Positions 61,231-64,000 of a DNA stretch of 64,000 bases are shown one piece after another. The notes under the pieces were generated by a model, which had not been told where the DNA came from, searched no databases, and saw only the letters and a list, made by a program, of their open reading frames with translations. Source of the DNA: Vicugna vicugna (lineage: Eukaryota); the NCBI GenBank assembly GCA_013265495.1, contig MU058384.1, forward strand, positions 5,948,792 through 6,012,791, in the 5' to 3' direction. The first letter of the stretch is position 1. Every line of letters starts with the position of its first letter. The translations under genes were made by a program, and so were the position numbers.

Positions 61231-64000
61231 TTGTCTGCGTCACTCTCCTCTCTCTTCCTCTTGTGCTCATATCTCTTCTTTTCATTTGAAACATACAGCA
61301 TTTCCCCTGATGATTTCTTATATATTATAAGCATTTGCTCTTTTATTAACTTTTGCTTTTTCAAATTCTTTGGGGAAAATGGAATATAAATAAAATTTTA
61401 ATTTTTATTTATTAATAGCTAAATCTTTTTTGTCTTGGATCCTTGGTGAAAGAGAGTGAGTAGTGGGCAAATTAACTAATTCAATCTATCATGAATGTCT
61501 GTGCTCCTTTCCCAAACAGACATAGAGCTTTTTGGAGGAAAGAATCATATTTTTCATGTCTTCCAGTTTCCCACAGTGCACATAGTCGTGGTTCGATACA
61601 CTACAAATTCTAACATTCAGCAAACCACAAACTCTCTTTAATCACCTTCATTAAAAAAAAAAAGTATTTGTCTTAAATCTATTACTTGCCTGTATGATAC
61701 CTCATAAAAAAGTGTGATCTATTTGTAAATATTTCTACCAGGCATCATTTTGCTGTTTTTCTCTTTTACAATTAAAACCTGTATTTTTATCTCTGACAAA
61801 ATCCTTCCTTATTCTGGTCACAGGCTTTAGGAAACCACACTACAGGTAAAAAGTACAATAAAAATAAATGTTATAGTTATGTTATACTCTATCCCTGCAT
61901 TTGAGGTAGAGGAGCAGTGTCAAAAATCCAAACAATGTTTTTTTTTATTACTTAGTTTAAGTGGTCTTATTTAAACACTTAGCTGTATAAATATGTGGTT
62001 GATATCACTGCAAACACCAGTCAGAGCTAATATAGATATTATTTCAGACACTCTTCACTTGAATAATGTTCTTTATCCGGCTACATTTCACTCCATATTA
62101 GTAGAAGGTGAATTATGAAGAAACTCTGGGTCAAATATACAAATCTATTTTAGTTCAAAAAAGGTGAGAATGTAACTTGTATACGATCCAATTTCATAGC
62201 TGAAAAAGGTCGTTTTATATTGGGTAGGGCCTAGGAATCTTCAATGTGCTTGTATTTTTAAAATCAAATGTAAACCATTAGTATTTGCCAAGATAAAAAA
62301 ACTAGAGACTTGTAAGGCCCTGGGCATTTGGACATTATTCTCGCCCTATCTGAGTCATGCTAGTTCTCATGTCCAAGTCTGAAAGGACTTTGAATTACTG
62401 ATTTTTTTTCCCATTCTCTTTTCAGACTTTAGTTTAGTCCAAATTGGCTTGAAATCGAACTTGGTGCAGTTGAAAAATTGGCTTAAAAATAAACTCTACA
62501 GAGATAAAAAGTATTTTTCACCTTCAATAACTTTTTAAGCATCTGGAATTTCAAGTGCAAGGTTTGGCTTTTTTTTTTAATTTGAATTTTGACTTTGGAC
62601 ACCCAGCTTTGGACATGAACATGGATATTTTCCATTTTCTTTCATTGAAAATCCATGATTAAAAGAGAAGGAAAACCCACAATAAATGTTAAAAACGAAT
62701 TTTCAATAGAATAAACTGACCTGAATTTTTCATTAAAAAATACTTCCTAAGACAGTTTAAAAGAAGAGAATATTACTCTTAAATAATAAGAAAAAAGACT
62801 CATGATGGGTGATTTCAACACATTTAAAGTGTATATGAGGAACTGTCATTTTGAAGAATGGTTTGCCTTGATGGCAAGACCTTTTATTTCAAAGCTGAAA
62901 ATCAAATTGTGGCAACAGATATATCATTGAATACTGCCTAAAAAATAAAGGCTATTAATATCTTATTAATACAATTTCACTGCAAAGAACTTTTAAATTT
63001 TTGTTGCTTAAAAGAGAGCAGGGCACTGCAGTTAAGCCATTGGTAATGTTATTCTTGTTATGGTTGTTTTTATTTTCAAAATTATTTTTAAAGTTTTCTA
63101 TTATACTAAAATAACAGAAACTTACTGTTAAAAAGACTAATTCAGAATGAAATAAAGAACAAAATTTCGAGCTCCCATCTCTCATTCATTTCCTGGGAGA
63201 AGCTTATTTACTCATTGGCATGAGCTCCCACGGTTGTTGAATGCAGTTAACGTATAATATAAAAATATGTGAAAATATGACCATTCTCTCATGAAACAGG
63301 AGAGGACGGGACAGTCAGAATAATTAGTTTCTCTCTGTGTAGGCTAGTTGGGCCTCTGTTTGAATGAAATTTGTGAAATTATTTGATTCCTTAATCAGTT
63401 TTTCCCTCCACTGTATTCCACCAAGTTTTATTATTTTCTCTAATGTAGAGAAGCAATTCTGAAAAAAATTTTTGGATGATGCATATTACAGACACATTTG
63501 GGATGAAAAATTTTAGATTGATGCAAACGTTACTAAACTTACAACTTCCACTTGAAGGACTAAGTAAGTTCATATATGGACCAGTAAGTTCTTATTGGAA
63601 TGTTTGTGAATCCAAAATGAATTATATAATAAGTAAAAATATAGTGGTATTAACCTGTAGAGAAAGAAATTCAGGCTGCCCAGAAAACAGGGAAAATAGC
63701 TTAACCAAATTAGTTGTTGGACAAAAGTCAATGTGAAATTTCCAAGGAAAAGCATTTAACTAGTTTTCTCACTGTCCAATTTGTGAGATAGGCAGACCTG
63801 GCATATGCCTCTGGAAAGCACGTCAAAGCTCTTCTAAAAGGTTTCTCAATCTTGGGAAAATGGGGCTTCTATCCACAGTAAGTAAGTCGCTTCACTCCCA
63901 TCGCCTCTGAATTTCTAGTTTCTAGGCTGGACATTTATTAGGCATGATTAAACCATAGAACTCTGTCTACTTAAAGTAATCTGCAAGTAACATGATCTGG

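Overview
Mammalian, non-coding, transposon-rich DNA, most likely from a camelid (camel/alpaca/llama). The basis is several tRNA-derived SINEs with the Vic-1-type head GGGGAGGGTATAGCTCAGTGGTAGAG...GTCCTGGGTTCAATCCCC, cetartiodactyl-type L1 3' ends, and no recognisable Alu, B1/B2, BovA/BovB or PRE-1. I cannot support any protein-coding exon, tRNA, rRNA or known ncRNA; the listed ORFs look like chance or repeat-derived frames, and I could not identify the locus or a neighbouring gene. Much of the window is decayed L1, L2, MIR, MaLR/ERVL LTR and hAT/Tigger sequence. The non-repeat signals are: a CpG island at about 10.05-10.7 kb with an AT-rich motif pocket; a long TE-free, motif-dense block at about 14.5-19 kb that contains a recursive-splice-like AG|GTAAG site with a stop-filled exon; a divergent pair of CTCF-like motifs (25.7 kb reverse, 27.9 kb forward inside a MIR) plus a third, one-base-short site at 40.4 kb; three local copy events (70-bp and 20-bp templated insertions, and a 108-bp tandem duplication next to a G4 tract); and a second weak CpG-rich, promoter-like patch at about 60.5-61.3 kb. 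Repeat family names come from memory of consensus sequences. Boundaries are approximate unless a target-site duplication (TSD) is given.
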